This document shows positions 9,174 to 17,148 of a stretch of DNA of 64,000 nt, piece by piece. The notes below the pieces were generated by a model, which ran no database searches, was not told the DNA's origin, and was given only the letters and a program-made list of their open reading frames with translations. Numbering within the stretch: the first letter of the stretch is position 1; every line of letters starts with the position of its first letter. Both the position numbers and the translations under genes were made by a program. Location: positions 1,721 to 65,720 of the forward strand of contig DASZTF010000010.1 in assembly GCA_035548315.1 (NCBI GenBank). Reading direction: 5' to 3'. The stretch comes from Minisyncoccota bacterium (GTDB taxonomy: Bacteria > Patescibacteriota > Minisyncoccia > Phycocordibacterales > Phycocordibacteraceae).

Positions 9174-9236
9174 GGGACTTGAACCCCCGACCATCCCGGT
9201 GTAAACGGGGTGCTCTACCAACTGAGCTAACCGCGC
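9164..9236 (-). tRNA. tRNA-Val (anticodon TAC)
   Basis: 73-nt cloverleaf folded by hand: acceptor GCGCGGT/ACCGCGC, anticodon loop TTTACAC, T-loop TTCAAGT; 3' end overlaps recombinase stop. Confidence 0.85.
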
Positions 9237-9269
9237 AGTAATGAAGTTGTAGCACATTTCACCTCGTTG

Positions 9270-9351
9270 TGGGCATGGGGAGACTCGAACTCCCAAGGAT
9301 TGCTCCATACGCTTCTGAGACGTACGCGTATACCAATTCCGCCACATGCCC
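9270..9351 (-). tRNA. tRNA-Leu (anticodon CAG), class II with long variable arm
   Basis: acceptor GGGCATG/CATGCCC, D-arm GCGGAATTGGTATACGC, anticodon loop CTCAGAA, variable arm, T-loop TTCGAGT. Confidence 0.8.
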
Positions 9352-9384
9352 GTGCGTACACTCTATCGTTGTCTATTAAAAGAA

Positions 9385-9421
9385 GGAAGCTGGCAGCGCT
9401 ATGTTTTGCGCTACCAGCTTC
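9385..9421 (-). terminator. hairpin GAAGCTGGCAGCGC-loop-GCGCTACCAGCTTC followed on the minus strand by CTTCTTTT
   Basis: 14-bp stem with one mismatch after the cupin gene stop. Confidence 0.5.
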
Positions 9422-9434
9422 GCATCGCACTGAC

Positions 9435-9902
9435 TTAAAGGTAATGCGTGTCGTCCGGTGCGATGGGAGGTAAAGAGCCCACCGCCACGAGCAAGGGATC
9501 TCCCTTGGTTCCTGGAATCCGGCGGAACCCGTGAGGGACGCCGGGATCGAGAATGATCGTTTGGCCGAGGTGAAGGGGCAACCACAGGTTGGTATTTGAG
9601 AGGCTGAACAACCCCTCAAAGTTCTTGTTGCCGCCGATTACCTGAACCACCGACCCGCTGCGGGTGTGGTAGTGAGGTCTCACATTCTCGACCTGAAGGC
9701 ATTCGAACTCGACACCGTCGAGCAGAGTTGTCTGATGGACAAGAGGCGCTGCAGCGCGGACTTGCCGGTCGAAATTGCAGTAGAGAACACCTTCTTCTTC
9801 GTTCCAATCCTCAGTACCCTCGAAGATACCGATCGGGCTCGCGTCACGAACCTGTTGAAGCGCGAGTGCGATAACACTCGATTTACTCATCGCACGTTCC
9901 AT
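9435..9902 (-). CDS. cupin-domain protein
   Basis: 155 aa; HYHTRSG ... PHGF histidine pattern of cupin fold. Confidence 0.5.
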   Translation of the reverse strand: MERAMSKSSVIALALQQVRDASPIGIFEGTEDWNEEEGVLYCNFDRQVRAAAPLVHQTTLLDGVEFECLQVENVRPHYHTRSGSVVQVIGGNKNFEGLFSLSNTNLWLPLHLGQTIILDPGVPHGFRRIPGTKGDPLLVAVGSLPPIAPDDTHYL

Positions 9903-9949
9903 AAAGGACTCCTATCTTGGTACGGGAATACTATACTATAAATGCTACA

Positions 9950-11632
9950 TTAATCAAGAAGCAGTCGTGCGAGGCGTATGTCGGCGTACGAGGCCTTGCC
10001 GTGCAGGGCGGCGAATATGGTCTTGAGTGCCTTCGACTTCTTTTTCCGGAACATCGCCTGGATGTCATCCAAGTGAGGCGCATCGTCTGCGAGGTACAGC
10101 ACCTCGCTACGCTCCACGCGCCCGGCCTCGCGCAGCTGCTCCAAGTGGTCGATGATCGTCTCCGGCTTCACGCCGCGCTCGTCTGCCATTTCCCCAAGCG
10201 GCATCTGCTCGCGCACGAGCGCGAGGGTCGCGTCGATGGTCGGCACCTTCGGCGCGCTTTTCTCCGCGCGGCGCTTAGCTGCAAGCGCGAGGTTCTCGGT
10301 GCCGCCGATAGCGAGTACGAATCGCTTCTCCAGCTTCTTGCGCTCGTCTTCTCCCATGTCGTCGAATGCTGCCTCTGCGCCCGCGGACGCGGCGCGGAAC
10401 TCTCGGTCCTTCTTCGCGATTTCCGGATGCACCAAAAGCGCGCGGTCATTCATCCCGTAGAGCGAGAGGCCATCGAGCGTGCGCACGCGCGAGAGCGCGA
10501 CGTAGCCCTGGCCGTATTCAAATGCTGCGGAGAGGTCGACCGTCGCCGCGTCGAGCGACATGCCCTGGCTCTTATGCACGGTGATGGCCCACGCAAGCCG
10601 CAGCGGGACTTGGCTGATGGTCGCGAGCGTCCTGCCGCCGTCTTCCATCTTCCACTCCACTGGTTCTGCCACGATCTCCTCACCCGTGACGAGCTCGACG
10701 ATCGGATACTTGTGCACCGCAGAGAATCCGAGAACGCTGCCGAGCGTGCCATTGGCGTAGCGATTCATCGGATCGTTCTTGGTGAACATCACGCGCGCGC
10801 CTTCTTTGAGCACCAATGTCTCTGGCGAGAGGCAGCCGCGCTTGAGATTCTCGACCAAGTGCGCGGCGCCCTTGCTCGTCATGATGAATCGCTCGCTGCG
10901 ACCGTCGATCGCCGCAAGCGCGGCATCGTTCATGCGGTCGACCGATGCGTTGTGCGTATAGAGGCGCGTCACTGGCGCATGCACATCACCGTCCATCACC
11001 GCTTCCCCATCCACCTGACGACTCTCGAGCAGCGCACGGTGCTGCGCCGTCACCGCCTCCGCACGAATAGCGGAGAGGAGCGCGAGGAGCGCGCTGTCTT
11101 CTTGGCGGTGCTGCTCGCTCAAGTAGCAGACCAGGGGATTCGCTGCTTTCCACGCATCCGCGTCGAATGCGAATGCTGCGCGGTGACTCTCGCGCGATAT
11201 CGGTGGCAGCTGAAAAAAGTCTCCGACGAACACCACCTGGAGTCCGCCGAATGGCCGCTCCGGGTTGCGGATCGCACGGCACACCTCCTCTACCATATCG
11301 AGCGTGTTCGCCGAGAGCATCGAAATCTCATCGATGATTAAAATGTGCGCAGACCGGACACGTTTGTTCACACGCTCGTTGTTCTGGATGCGGTCGAGGT
11401 CGTATGGCGTGAGCTGTTCGAGCACGCCAATCCCACTCCACGCGTGAATCGTCATGCCGCCGATGTGGGTCGCGGCGATGCCTGTGGAAGCCGTGATAGC
11501 AGGTTCGACTCCACGCTCGTGGAGCCATTTTACGTAGGCGTTTACCGTGTGCGTCTTGCCGCTCCCCGGCTCACCCGTGAGAAAGACATTCGCGCCGGTG
11601 GTGAGAATGGCGAGCGCTTCCCGTTGCGTCAT
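9950..11632 (-). CDS. RecD/PIF1-family ATP-dependent DNA helicase with C-terminal HTH
   Basis: 560 aa; Walker A FLTGEPGSGKTH, Walker B LIIDEISM, RecD-like C-terminal region. Confidence 0.75.
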   Translation of the reverse strand: MTQREALAILTTGANVFLTGEPGSGKTHTVNAYVKWLHERGVEPAITASTGIAATHIGGMTIHAWSGIGVLEQLTPYDLDRIQNNERVNKRVRSAHILIIDEISMLSANTLDMVEEVCRAIRNPERPFGGLQVVFVGDFFQLPPISRESHRAAFAFDADAWKAANPLVCYLSEQHRQEDSALLALLSAIRAEAVTAQHRALLESRQVDGEAVMDGDVHAPVTRLYTHNASVDRMNDAALAAIDGRSERFIMTSKGAAHLVENLKRGCLSPETLVLKEGARVMFTKNDPMNRYANGTLGSVLGFSAVHKYPIVELVTGEEIVAEPVEWKMEDGGRTLATISQVPLRLAWAITVHKSQGMSLDAATVDLSAAFEYGQGYVALSRVRTLDGLSLYGMNDRALLVHPEIAKKDREFRAASAGAEAAFDDMGEDERKKLEKRFVLAIGGTENLALAAKRRAEKSAPKVPTIDATLALVREQMPLGEMADERGVKPETIIDHLEQLREAGRVERSEVLYLADDAPHLDDIQAMFRKKKSKALKTIFAALHGKASYADIRLARLLLD

Positions 11633-11663
11633 CTCACTAGTGTACCAACTACTCTAAAATAGG

Positions 11664-11735
11664 TGCCCCCGCCTGGAATCGAACCAAGATCAAGAGCTTA
11701 GAAGTCTCCTGCACTATCCATTGTGCTACAGGGGC
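11664..11735 (-). tRNA. tRNA-Arg (anticodon TCT)
   Basis: acceptor GCCCCTG/CGGGGGC, D-arm GCAC-AATGGATA-GTGC, anticodon loop CTTCTAA, T-loop TTCGATT; one A-G mismatch at base of anticodon stem. Confidence 0.7.
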
Positions 11736-11752
11736 AGTGTTACCTTACCGCA

Positions 11753-12058
11753 CTACTTGGATGGGTCAACGAACTGATAGACCTTCTCATAATTCTGCAT
11801 CTCCGCAGCGCGCGTCTTGAATACCGCTTCCGCCGCGGTGACCGCGCTCGTGTCCGATGCGGGTGCGCTCGTCGACGTCATGCTCGACACCGCACTATTC
11901 TTCACGCTGGTGTAGATGAGCACGTTCGCCGCGACACTCGCACCAAGCAACACGACTGCGGCCACGAGCAGCACGAGCCAGTCGCGCACGGGATGCAGCC
12001 GTTCGCCGTAGCTGAACGTGGAGAGCGCGCGCTTCTCTATATCAGAAAGTGAGTTCAT
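11753..12058 (-). CDS. single-TM hypothetical protein downstream of pilMNO (PilP-position)
   Basis: 101 aa from internal ATG; one TM helix then Ala/Ser-rich region. Confidence 0.3.
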   Translation of the reverse strand: MNSLSDIEKRALSTFSYGERLHPVRDWLVLLVAAVVLLGASVAANVLIYTSVKNSAVSSMTSTSAPASDTSAVTAAEAVFKTRAAEMQNYEKVYQFVDPSK

Positions 12059-12588
12059 GGTGTTGTGGTGGCAGAGGAGGACGCCGTTCCCACCGAGAGC
12101 GTCATGGCGGCGGTCCACCCGGGTGTAGCGGTGGTATTGGTCGTACTCAAATTAAGCGAATGCACCGTGATGTCGTAGGGGCTGTACTCGATCGCGCCTA
12201 CGGTGCGCATGACTGCAGCGAACGACCCGCTGATCGCAAGGGCGAGGTCGAGGTGCGGTCGCGGATTCGGATTCGCCGTGACTGACACCACCGAGATCGC
12301 TGCACCGAGGCTCCGCCCAAGCGACTGCTGATCCTCAAGGAAGGTCACGATAGTGTCGGGGAGCACGGAATAATTCTGGATATCGCGCGCTGCAGGCGCG
12401 AGCTGCGCGAGTTCATCTGCGGCGTGGGCGGAACTCACTTCGTCCTGAGTGCGGCTGTTCACCTCTCCCACGAGTTGCGCTACTGCGGTCGTAGCCGCGG
12501 TCAGCATGGAATACCAGTAGGCATAGGCCCCAAGTGCGATTGCGAAGATCACGATCCACAGCACGAGCTGGTAGAGTGGGCGGTTCAT
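12055..12588 (-). CDS. PilO-like type IV pilus assembly protein
   Basis: 177 aa; N-terminal TM followed by periplasmic domain, downstream of pilN. Confidence 0.4.
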   Translation of the reverse strand: MNRPLYQLVLWIVIFAIALGAYAYWYSMLTAATTAVAQLVGEVNSRTQDEVSSAHAADELAQLAPAARDIQNYSVLPDTIVTFLEDQQSLGRSLGAAISVVSVTANPNPRPHLDLALAISGSFAAVMRTVGAIEYSPYDITVHSLNLSTTNTTATPGWTAAMTLSVGTASSSATTTP

Positions 12589-13154
12589 GGCATTGGTGCG
12601 AGCGTCCCAGTGATCGTCATCGAGAACGCGATGTCGGTATCCTCAGCGTACGCGCTAATCGGAAGGTCGACACTCGTGACAAACGGTGCTCCCGTGAGCG
12701 CGAGGTTGTAGCTGCGCAGTTCTTCGCGCGTAGCAGCGGTGCCCGAAAGCACCATTTTCGCGCTCTGTGCATTCCCGCCCGTTGGCGGCGTATAGGTGAT
12801 GCTCGCGAGCGAGACGCCTGGGTGCGGTACCCCAAGCACGACGCGCACGGCACCTGATGCAGATGGCGTGTTCTTGAGTTCAGCCAAGTGCGCCGCACTC
12901 GCCTTGAGCGTAGCGAGCTCGCTCGCGGCACTCTCTGCGGTTGCATCCGCATTCGCACTCGTGTTCACGAGCGCCGCTTGCTCTGCGCGGACCTCGGCGG
13001 TCGCATACAAGTACGACGGGAGAAGCAGGATGCCGTGGATCACCACCAGTGCGGTGAGCAGCATGAACGCTACCGTCGCGAGGCGGATGAAGTAATTCCG
13101 ACGGAATGCACGGCTGCGATCCGGCGGGAGCAAATTGATCATGTCATGGGACAT
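12585..13154 (-). CDS. pilN: type IV pilus assembly protein PilN
   Basis: start moved to MSHDMINLLPP; INLLP is the PilN signature, followed by a TM helix. Confidence 0.65.
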   Translation of the reverse strand: MSHDMINLLPPDRSRAFRRNYFIRLATVAFMLLTALVVIHGILLLPSYLYATAEVRAEQAALVNTSANADATAESAASELATLKASAAHLAELKNTPSASGAVRVVLGVPHPGVSLASITYTPPTGGNAQSAKMVLSGTAATREELRSYNLALTGAPFVTSVDLPISAYAEDTDIAFSMTITGTLAPMP

Positions 13155-14223
13155 ATTGTCGTAGCGCGAGCCCGATCGCGGTCGCGTATGCGAGCGACTC
13201 GGTGTAATCAATCGGCGGGAGCCAGTAGTCGCGTGAGGCGAAATTGGTAAACACGTCCCCGAGCTCGACCGGGATCTTGAGTCCCGCCGCAAGGTATTCC
13301 GGCAGACCCTTCACCGTCGCGTTCCCTCCCACGATGAGCGCGCGGGTGACGGGGTCGTGGCCACCACCCGCCACACCGCGCGTCTGCCAGTAATCAAGGC
13401 GCCGCGCAATCTCTTCCCGGATTGCTGACACCGTCGAGAGCATCGCCGCCAGATACTCGTCATTCCCATCACTCGCGACAAGCCCCCGGTCAGCCTTCAC
13501 GCGCTTCGCTTCTTCTTCGGTGACGCCAAAGTGTTTCTGCACCGCCATCGTAAGCGCGTGACCACCGATGTCGAGCGTGGTCGCGTAACGCGGGATGCGA
13601 TTCGCCACCACGATCAGTTTGGTGGTCGTGCGGCCGATGTCGATCACGAGCACGGTGGAAGGATCGCCGGGACGCAGGACAGCACGTGCGATTGAGAAAA
13701 GCTCGCTCTCGATCGCACGGATGCCGATACCAGCTTCATCAAACGCCTGGAGCGATTGCTCGATCACGCGACGCGCGTACCCCACGGCCACGAGGTGCGT
13801 CTGCTCCCCCACTTTTCCTGCTGCCATAAAGTCGTACGCGACTTCGGAGGGCGGGAGTGGTACGTATTCGTCGAGGTGCTGCTCGAGCGCCACCGACCAC
13901 GCTTCGGGTGTCTCGCCGGGAACGTCTGTCTCAAAGAGGTATGTACGCGATTCGGGCAGAGCAATATTGGCGAGTGCTGCGCCCTCACCGCGCGCGAGGG
14001 TAGAAATCCCCTTGGCCACCGCGCCGATGTCATTAATATCCGCTGAGGTGAAGGCGCCCTCCGGAAGTCGCGCTTCTTTGGCGGCCGCGAGCTCTATGCC
14101 GCGCGCCGTTTCCTTGAGCATCGCGAACTTGATGCTGCTTGCAGAGACGTCGATGCCCGCAGTGGGGAGCGTGAGGTAGCGCGGCGGCGCGAAGTTAACC
14201 GAAATGAAGCGCGGAAGCGACAT
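13144..14223 (-). CDS. pilM: type IV pilus assembly protein PilM (actin-like ATPase)
   Basis: 359 aa; GIDVSASSIKFAMLK N-terminus and actin/FtsA-like fold segments. Confidence 0.75.
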   Translation of the reverse strand: MSLPRFISVNFAPPRYLTLPTAGIDVSASSIKFAMLKETARGIELAAAKEARLPEGAFTSADINDIGAVAKGISTLARGEGAALANIALPESRTYLFETDVPGETPEAWSVALEQHLDEYVPLPPSEVAYDFMAAGKVGEQTHLVAVGYARRVIEQSLQAFDEAGIGIRAIESELFSIARAVLRPGDPSTVLVIDIGRTTTKLIVVANRIPRYATTLDIGGHALTMAVQKHFGVTEEEAKRVKADRGLVASDGNDEYLAAMLSTVSAIREEIARRLDYWQTRGVAGGGHDPVTRALIVGGNATVKGLPEYLAAGLKIPVELGDVFTNFASRDYWLPPIDYTESLAYATAIGLALRQYVP

Positions 14224-14253
14224 GCTTCCGCTAGTATACCGCGCTCGGGACGC

Positions 14254-14664
14254 TTAGTGTGCGCTCGTGCCCGGGGGAACCGGTCGATCGGGCGTAAGAA
14301 AGGCGAAGGTGTCGTCGTGTCCCACGGCAAAGAGCATGCCATTACTTTCGATGCCCTTGATCATGCGCGGCGCGAGGTTCGTGACATACGCAAACTGGTG
14401 CCCGACGAGCGACTCTGGCTCGGGCACGTACGCGGCGATACCCGAGACGATGGTGCGCGGCCCCGCTACTTCACCAAAGTCGACCGTGCACTTGATGAGC
14501 TTGTCCGTCTCCGGCACGCGCTCGGCGGCCTTCACGGTACCCACTTTCACTTCCACCTTTGCGAACTCGTCGATGGAAATCTTTGGTTCCGTCTTGGGCT
14601 CGGCCGTTGGCCCCTCTTCTTTCACTTCCCCTGCTGCCGGTACCGGATGCTGATCGTCAATCAT
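14254..14664 (-). CDS. tRNA-binding domain protein (CsaA/Trbp111/MetRS-C-like)
   Basis: 136 aa; FAKVEVKVGTVKAAERVPETDKLIKCTVDFGE...IVSGIAAY pattern of EMAP/tRNA-binding OB fold. Confidence 0.65.
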   Translation of the reverse strand: MIDDQHPVPAAGEVKEEGPTAEPKTEPKISIDEFAKVEVKVGTVKAAERVPETDKLIKCTVDFGEVAGPRTIVSGIAAYVPEPESLVGHQFAYVTNLAPRMIKGIESNGMLFAVGHDDTFAFLTPDRPVPPGTSAH

Positions 14665-15091
14665 GTTTTTTACTTAAATAGCTCGTAAGGATGAGTGCGG
14701 CGGCAGAGGCGTCGACGGCATCAGTGCTTTTCGGACTTCTGCCGGTAACCGACTCATCGCGCGCGCGGCGTGCCTCGGCACTCGTAAACATTTCTGGTTC
14801 ATAGTAAACCGGAACTTTTGCTTCATTCATTATGAACGTACCCAGCAACCGAGCAGCGTTAGCTATCGCATTGTCATTTCCTGCGAGATCCTTTGACTCT
14901 CCCATAACGACTGCGCCGACATTCTCACTCTTAATTATAAGGACGAGTTTGTCATAGAGCCCCGTATCATTTGGAATAATTTTATAAGGGAATCCCATGC
15001 TGCCGCCCTCGTCCGAGAGGGCGAGGCCGCATTTCCTGGTGCCGTAATCGATGCCGAGGTAGCGCATCCCCCTATGGTATACTCCCGGCAT
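14657..15091 (-). CDS. ruvX: YqgF/RuvX Holliday-junction-resolvase-like (pre-16S rRNA nuclease)
   Basis: 144 aa; LGIDYGTRKCGLALSD N-terminus typical of YqgF. Confidence 0.8.
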   Translation of the reverse strand: MPGVYHRGMRYLGIDYGTRKCGLALSDEGGSMGFPYKIIPNDTGLYDKLVLIIKSENVGAVVMGESKDLAGNDNAIANAARLLGTFIMNEAKVPVYYEPEMFTSAEARRARDESVTGRSPKSTDAVDASAAALILTSYLSKKHD

Positions 15092-15440
15092 GTATCATCC
15101 AATCGACGCAGGCATGTTTGGGTTCGGCCAGTTCGGTGCACTCTTCGGCGCGGGCTTTGCCGTATTCCTACTCGTCGCACTTATCTGGACGCTTCTATGG
15201 AAGGGTCTCGCGCTTTGGCACGCGGCACGCAGCGGTCAGTGGGTGTGGTTCATTGTGTTTCTTATCGTGAACACTGCCGGCATCCTCGAGATCGTATACC
15301 TGATCTGGTTCCGCGGAGACAAAAATAGCGAGAACCTCTTCCCCTTTGGTGCGGCACCGCAGCCGGTTACCCCAGCTACTACGGTGGTGGAAGAGGTCGT
15401 CGTCGTAGAAACGTCGTCAGACGATTCAGCGGCGGCGTAA
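15090..15440 (+). CDS. hypothetical small membrane protein
   Basis: 116 aa, three hydrophobic helices. Confidence 0.4.
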   Translation: MYHPIDAGMFGFGQFGALFGAGFAVFLLVALIWTLLWKGLALWHAARSGQWVWFIVFLIVNTAGILEIVYLIWFRGDKNSENLFPFGAAPQPVTPATTVVEEVVVVETSSDDSAAA

Positions 15441-15445
15441 GTGCG

Positions 15446-15530
15446 GGAGGAGTCGCATAGTGGTTTAGTGCACCGGTCTTGAAAACCGGAGTGTCGCAAG
15501 GCACCGCGAGTTCGAATCTCGCCTCCTCCG
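15446..15530 (+). tRNA. tRNA-Ser (anticodon TGA), class II
   Basis: acceptor GGAGGAG/CTCCTCC, anticodon stem-loop CCGGT-CTTGAAA-ACCGG, long variable arm, T-loop TTCGAAT. Confidence 0.85.
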
Positions 15531-15560
15531 CTTGTAGTGGTGGTATGATATTGCATAGGT

Positions 15561-16034
15561 ATGCCAAGACCGCCGATATTCGAGTGGGAAGGAACCGAAT
15601 ACACGTTCAAAGAAAAGACCGCTGACTGGTACTGGGCGGTCGGCATCATTGCGGTTGCCGCAGCGATTGCCTCACTTCTTTTTGGGAATGTCATCCTCGC
15701 TATCCTGATCATCGTCGCGGCGGCGTCGGTCGCCATCGCGGCTGCGAAGCAGCCGCGCGCGCATCGATTCGCCGTCACCGAGCAGGGACTCACTATTGGC
15801 GACCGTCTCTATCCGTACGACACGATGCTCCACTATTCCGTACTCGAATATGTCGACCTCGATCTTCCTCCTGCCCTCTCGATAAAGACGCGCAGCTTGT
15901 TCGCCCCACACCTCCTCATCCCGCTCGTGGATGTGGACCCCGACGAAGTCTATGAATACCTTTCACTCCATCTCGACGAGGGCAACCACCACACCTCCGT
16001 CGTCGATCGACTGGTAGAGATGTTCGAACTATAG
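15561..16034 (+). CDS. hypothetical membrane protein
   Basis: 157 aa, two TM helices near N-terminus. Confidence 0.4.
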   Translation: MPRPPIFEWEGTEYTFKEKTADWYWAVGIIAVAAAIASLLFGNVILAILIIVAAASVAIAAAKQPRAHRFAVTEQGLTIGDRLYPYDTMLHYSVLEYVDLDLPPALSIKTRSLFAPHLLIPLVDVDPDEVYEYLSLHLDEGNHHTSVVDRLVEMFEL

Positions 16035-16054
16035 TAGAGTCATTTCGTTAGCTC

Positions 16055-16126
16055 GCTCCCGTCGTTCAATGGATAGGACGTCTCCTTGCGGAGGAGATGA
16101 TGTGGGTTCGATTCCTGCCGGGAGCA
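16055..16126 (+). tRNA. tRNA-Arg, anticodon reads GCG (non-canonical for bacteria)
   Basis: acceptor GCTCCCG/CGGGAGC, anticodon stem TCTCC/GGAGA, loop TTGCGGA; backbone nearly identical to the adjacent tRNA-Arg(CCG). Confidence 0.65.
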
Positions 16127-16158
16127 CACCTGAGTGCAGTGTAGTATCGTGAGCGCAC

Positions 16159-16233
16159 GCTCTCGTCGTTCAATGGATAGGATATCTCCCTCCGAAGGAG
16201 GTGATGCTGGTTCGATTCCAGCCGAGAGCACCA
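16159..16233 (+). tRNA. tRNA-Arg (anticodon CCG), CCA encoded
   Basis: acceptor GCTCTCG/CGAGAGC, anticodon loop CTCCGAA, T-loop TTCGATT, genomic CCA at 16231-16233. Confidence 0.8.
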
Positions 16234-16237
16234 AAAG

Positions 16238-16270
16238 AAAACACCCGCTTTGTGCGGGTGTTTTCTTTTG
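16238..16270. terminator. bidirectional rho-independent terminator aaaacacccgc-TTTG-tgcgggtgttttctttt
   Basis: 9-bp GC-rich stem flanked by A-run and T-run; sits between tRNA-Arg (+) and rpsT (-). Confidence 0.7.
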
Positions 16271-16534
16271 TTAGGCCGATGCGCGCTTGAGGGCGGCGGC
16301 GAGGCGCGCCTTCTTGCGGGCTGCCGCGTTCGGCTTGATGATGCCGCGCTTGGCTGCCTTGTCGATGGCGCTGAACGCCTCCGAGAGTGCCTTCTGCGTA
16401 TCCTTGCCCTTCCCCGCGATAGCGGTCTTTGCGGCCTTGGTTGCGTCCGTGAGGGCGCGCTTGCGGCGCACGTTGAATACGCGCTTCTTGAGACTTGCGC
16501 GGTGGGCCTTCTTTGCTCCTTTAGTGATTGCCAT
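16271..16534 (-). CDS. rpsT: 30S ribosomal protein S20
   Basis: 87 aa basic protein MAITKGAKKAHRASLKKRVFNVRRKRALTDATKAAK... Confidence 0.85.
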   Translation of the reverse strand: MAITKGAKKAHRASLKKRVFNVRRKRALTDATKAAKTAIAGKGKDTQKALSEAFSAIDKAAKRGIIKPNAAARKKARLAAALKRASA

Positions 16535-16590
16535 GTAAGGCCTAATCTAAGCCATAGGACGAGAAACCGCAAGAGTGCTACGATTGGGCC

Positions 16591-17145
16591 ATGATTCGCG
16601 AGATCCACGGGAAGGTGCTTTCGGTCGAGCCCTTGGGGGCGGTCGTGGAGGTCGCGGGCTTTGGGATCTTCGTCCACTTGGCGAACCCTACCCTCGTTAC
16701 CGTGGGTGAACCGGCGCATATCAAGACCTATCTCGCAGTAAAGCAGGACGGGCTCGAGCTCTATGGATTCGTCGACGAAGCCGACCGCCGGTTCTTCGAG
16801 CTCGCGCTCTCGGTCTCGGGCGTCGGTCCCAAAACCGCCCTTTCCCTCCTGCGCCGCGCGCCGCGCGAGAAAATAGAAGAAGCAATTGGAAAGCGCGACG
16901 TGGCCTATCTCACTCGTGTAGTAGGCATGGGTAAAAAGAGCGCCGAGAAACTGGTCGTGGAGATCGGCGAGCGCATCAACCTCTCCGGAGAAAGCGCGGG
17001 CGGAGAAGACGCGGAGGTGTTTGACACGCTCGTCGCCCTTGGGTATACCGAGCGCGAAGCCCGCAGCGCGGTTTCCGCCATCCCCAAGGGCGTGAGCGGC
17101 AAGGACGCTCGGCTGCGCGCCGCGCTCTCGGGTGGACACAAGTAA
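16591..17145 (+). CDS. ruvA: Holliday junction branch-migration protein RuvA
   Basis: 184 aa; MIREIHGKVLSVEP...VEVAGFGIFVH N-terminal OB domain, HhH region, C-terminal domain. Confidence 0.85.
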   Translation: MIREIHGKVLSVEPLGAVVEVAGFGIFVHLANPTLVTVGEPAHIKTYLAVKQDGLELYGFVDEADRRFFELALSVSGVGPKTALSLLRRAPREKIEEAIGKRDVAYLTRVVGMGKKSAEKLVVEIGERINLSGESAGGEDAEVFDTLVALGYTEREARSAVSAIPKGVSGKDARLRAALSGGHK

Positions 17146-17148
17146 TTC

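Noticed and set aside
9917-11341. 474-aa plus-strand ORF
   Set aside because: It is antisense to the RecD/PIF1-like helicase. It is Arg/Ala/His-rich with no motifs, typical of a high-GC antisense open frame.
16040-17139. ORF-track entries 16040..16234 (-) and 16066..17139 (-, 357 aa)
   Set aside because: They run antisense through the two tRNA-Arg genes, rpsT and ruvA. The tRNA-derived peptide stretches (ESNQHHLLR...) are translation artefacts, and the real genes are rpsT (-) and ruvA (+).
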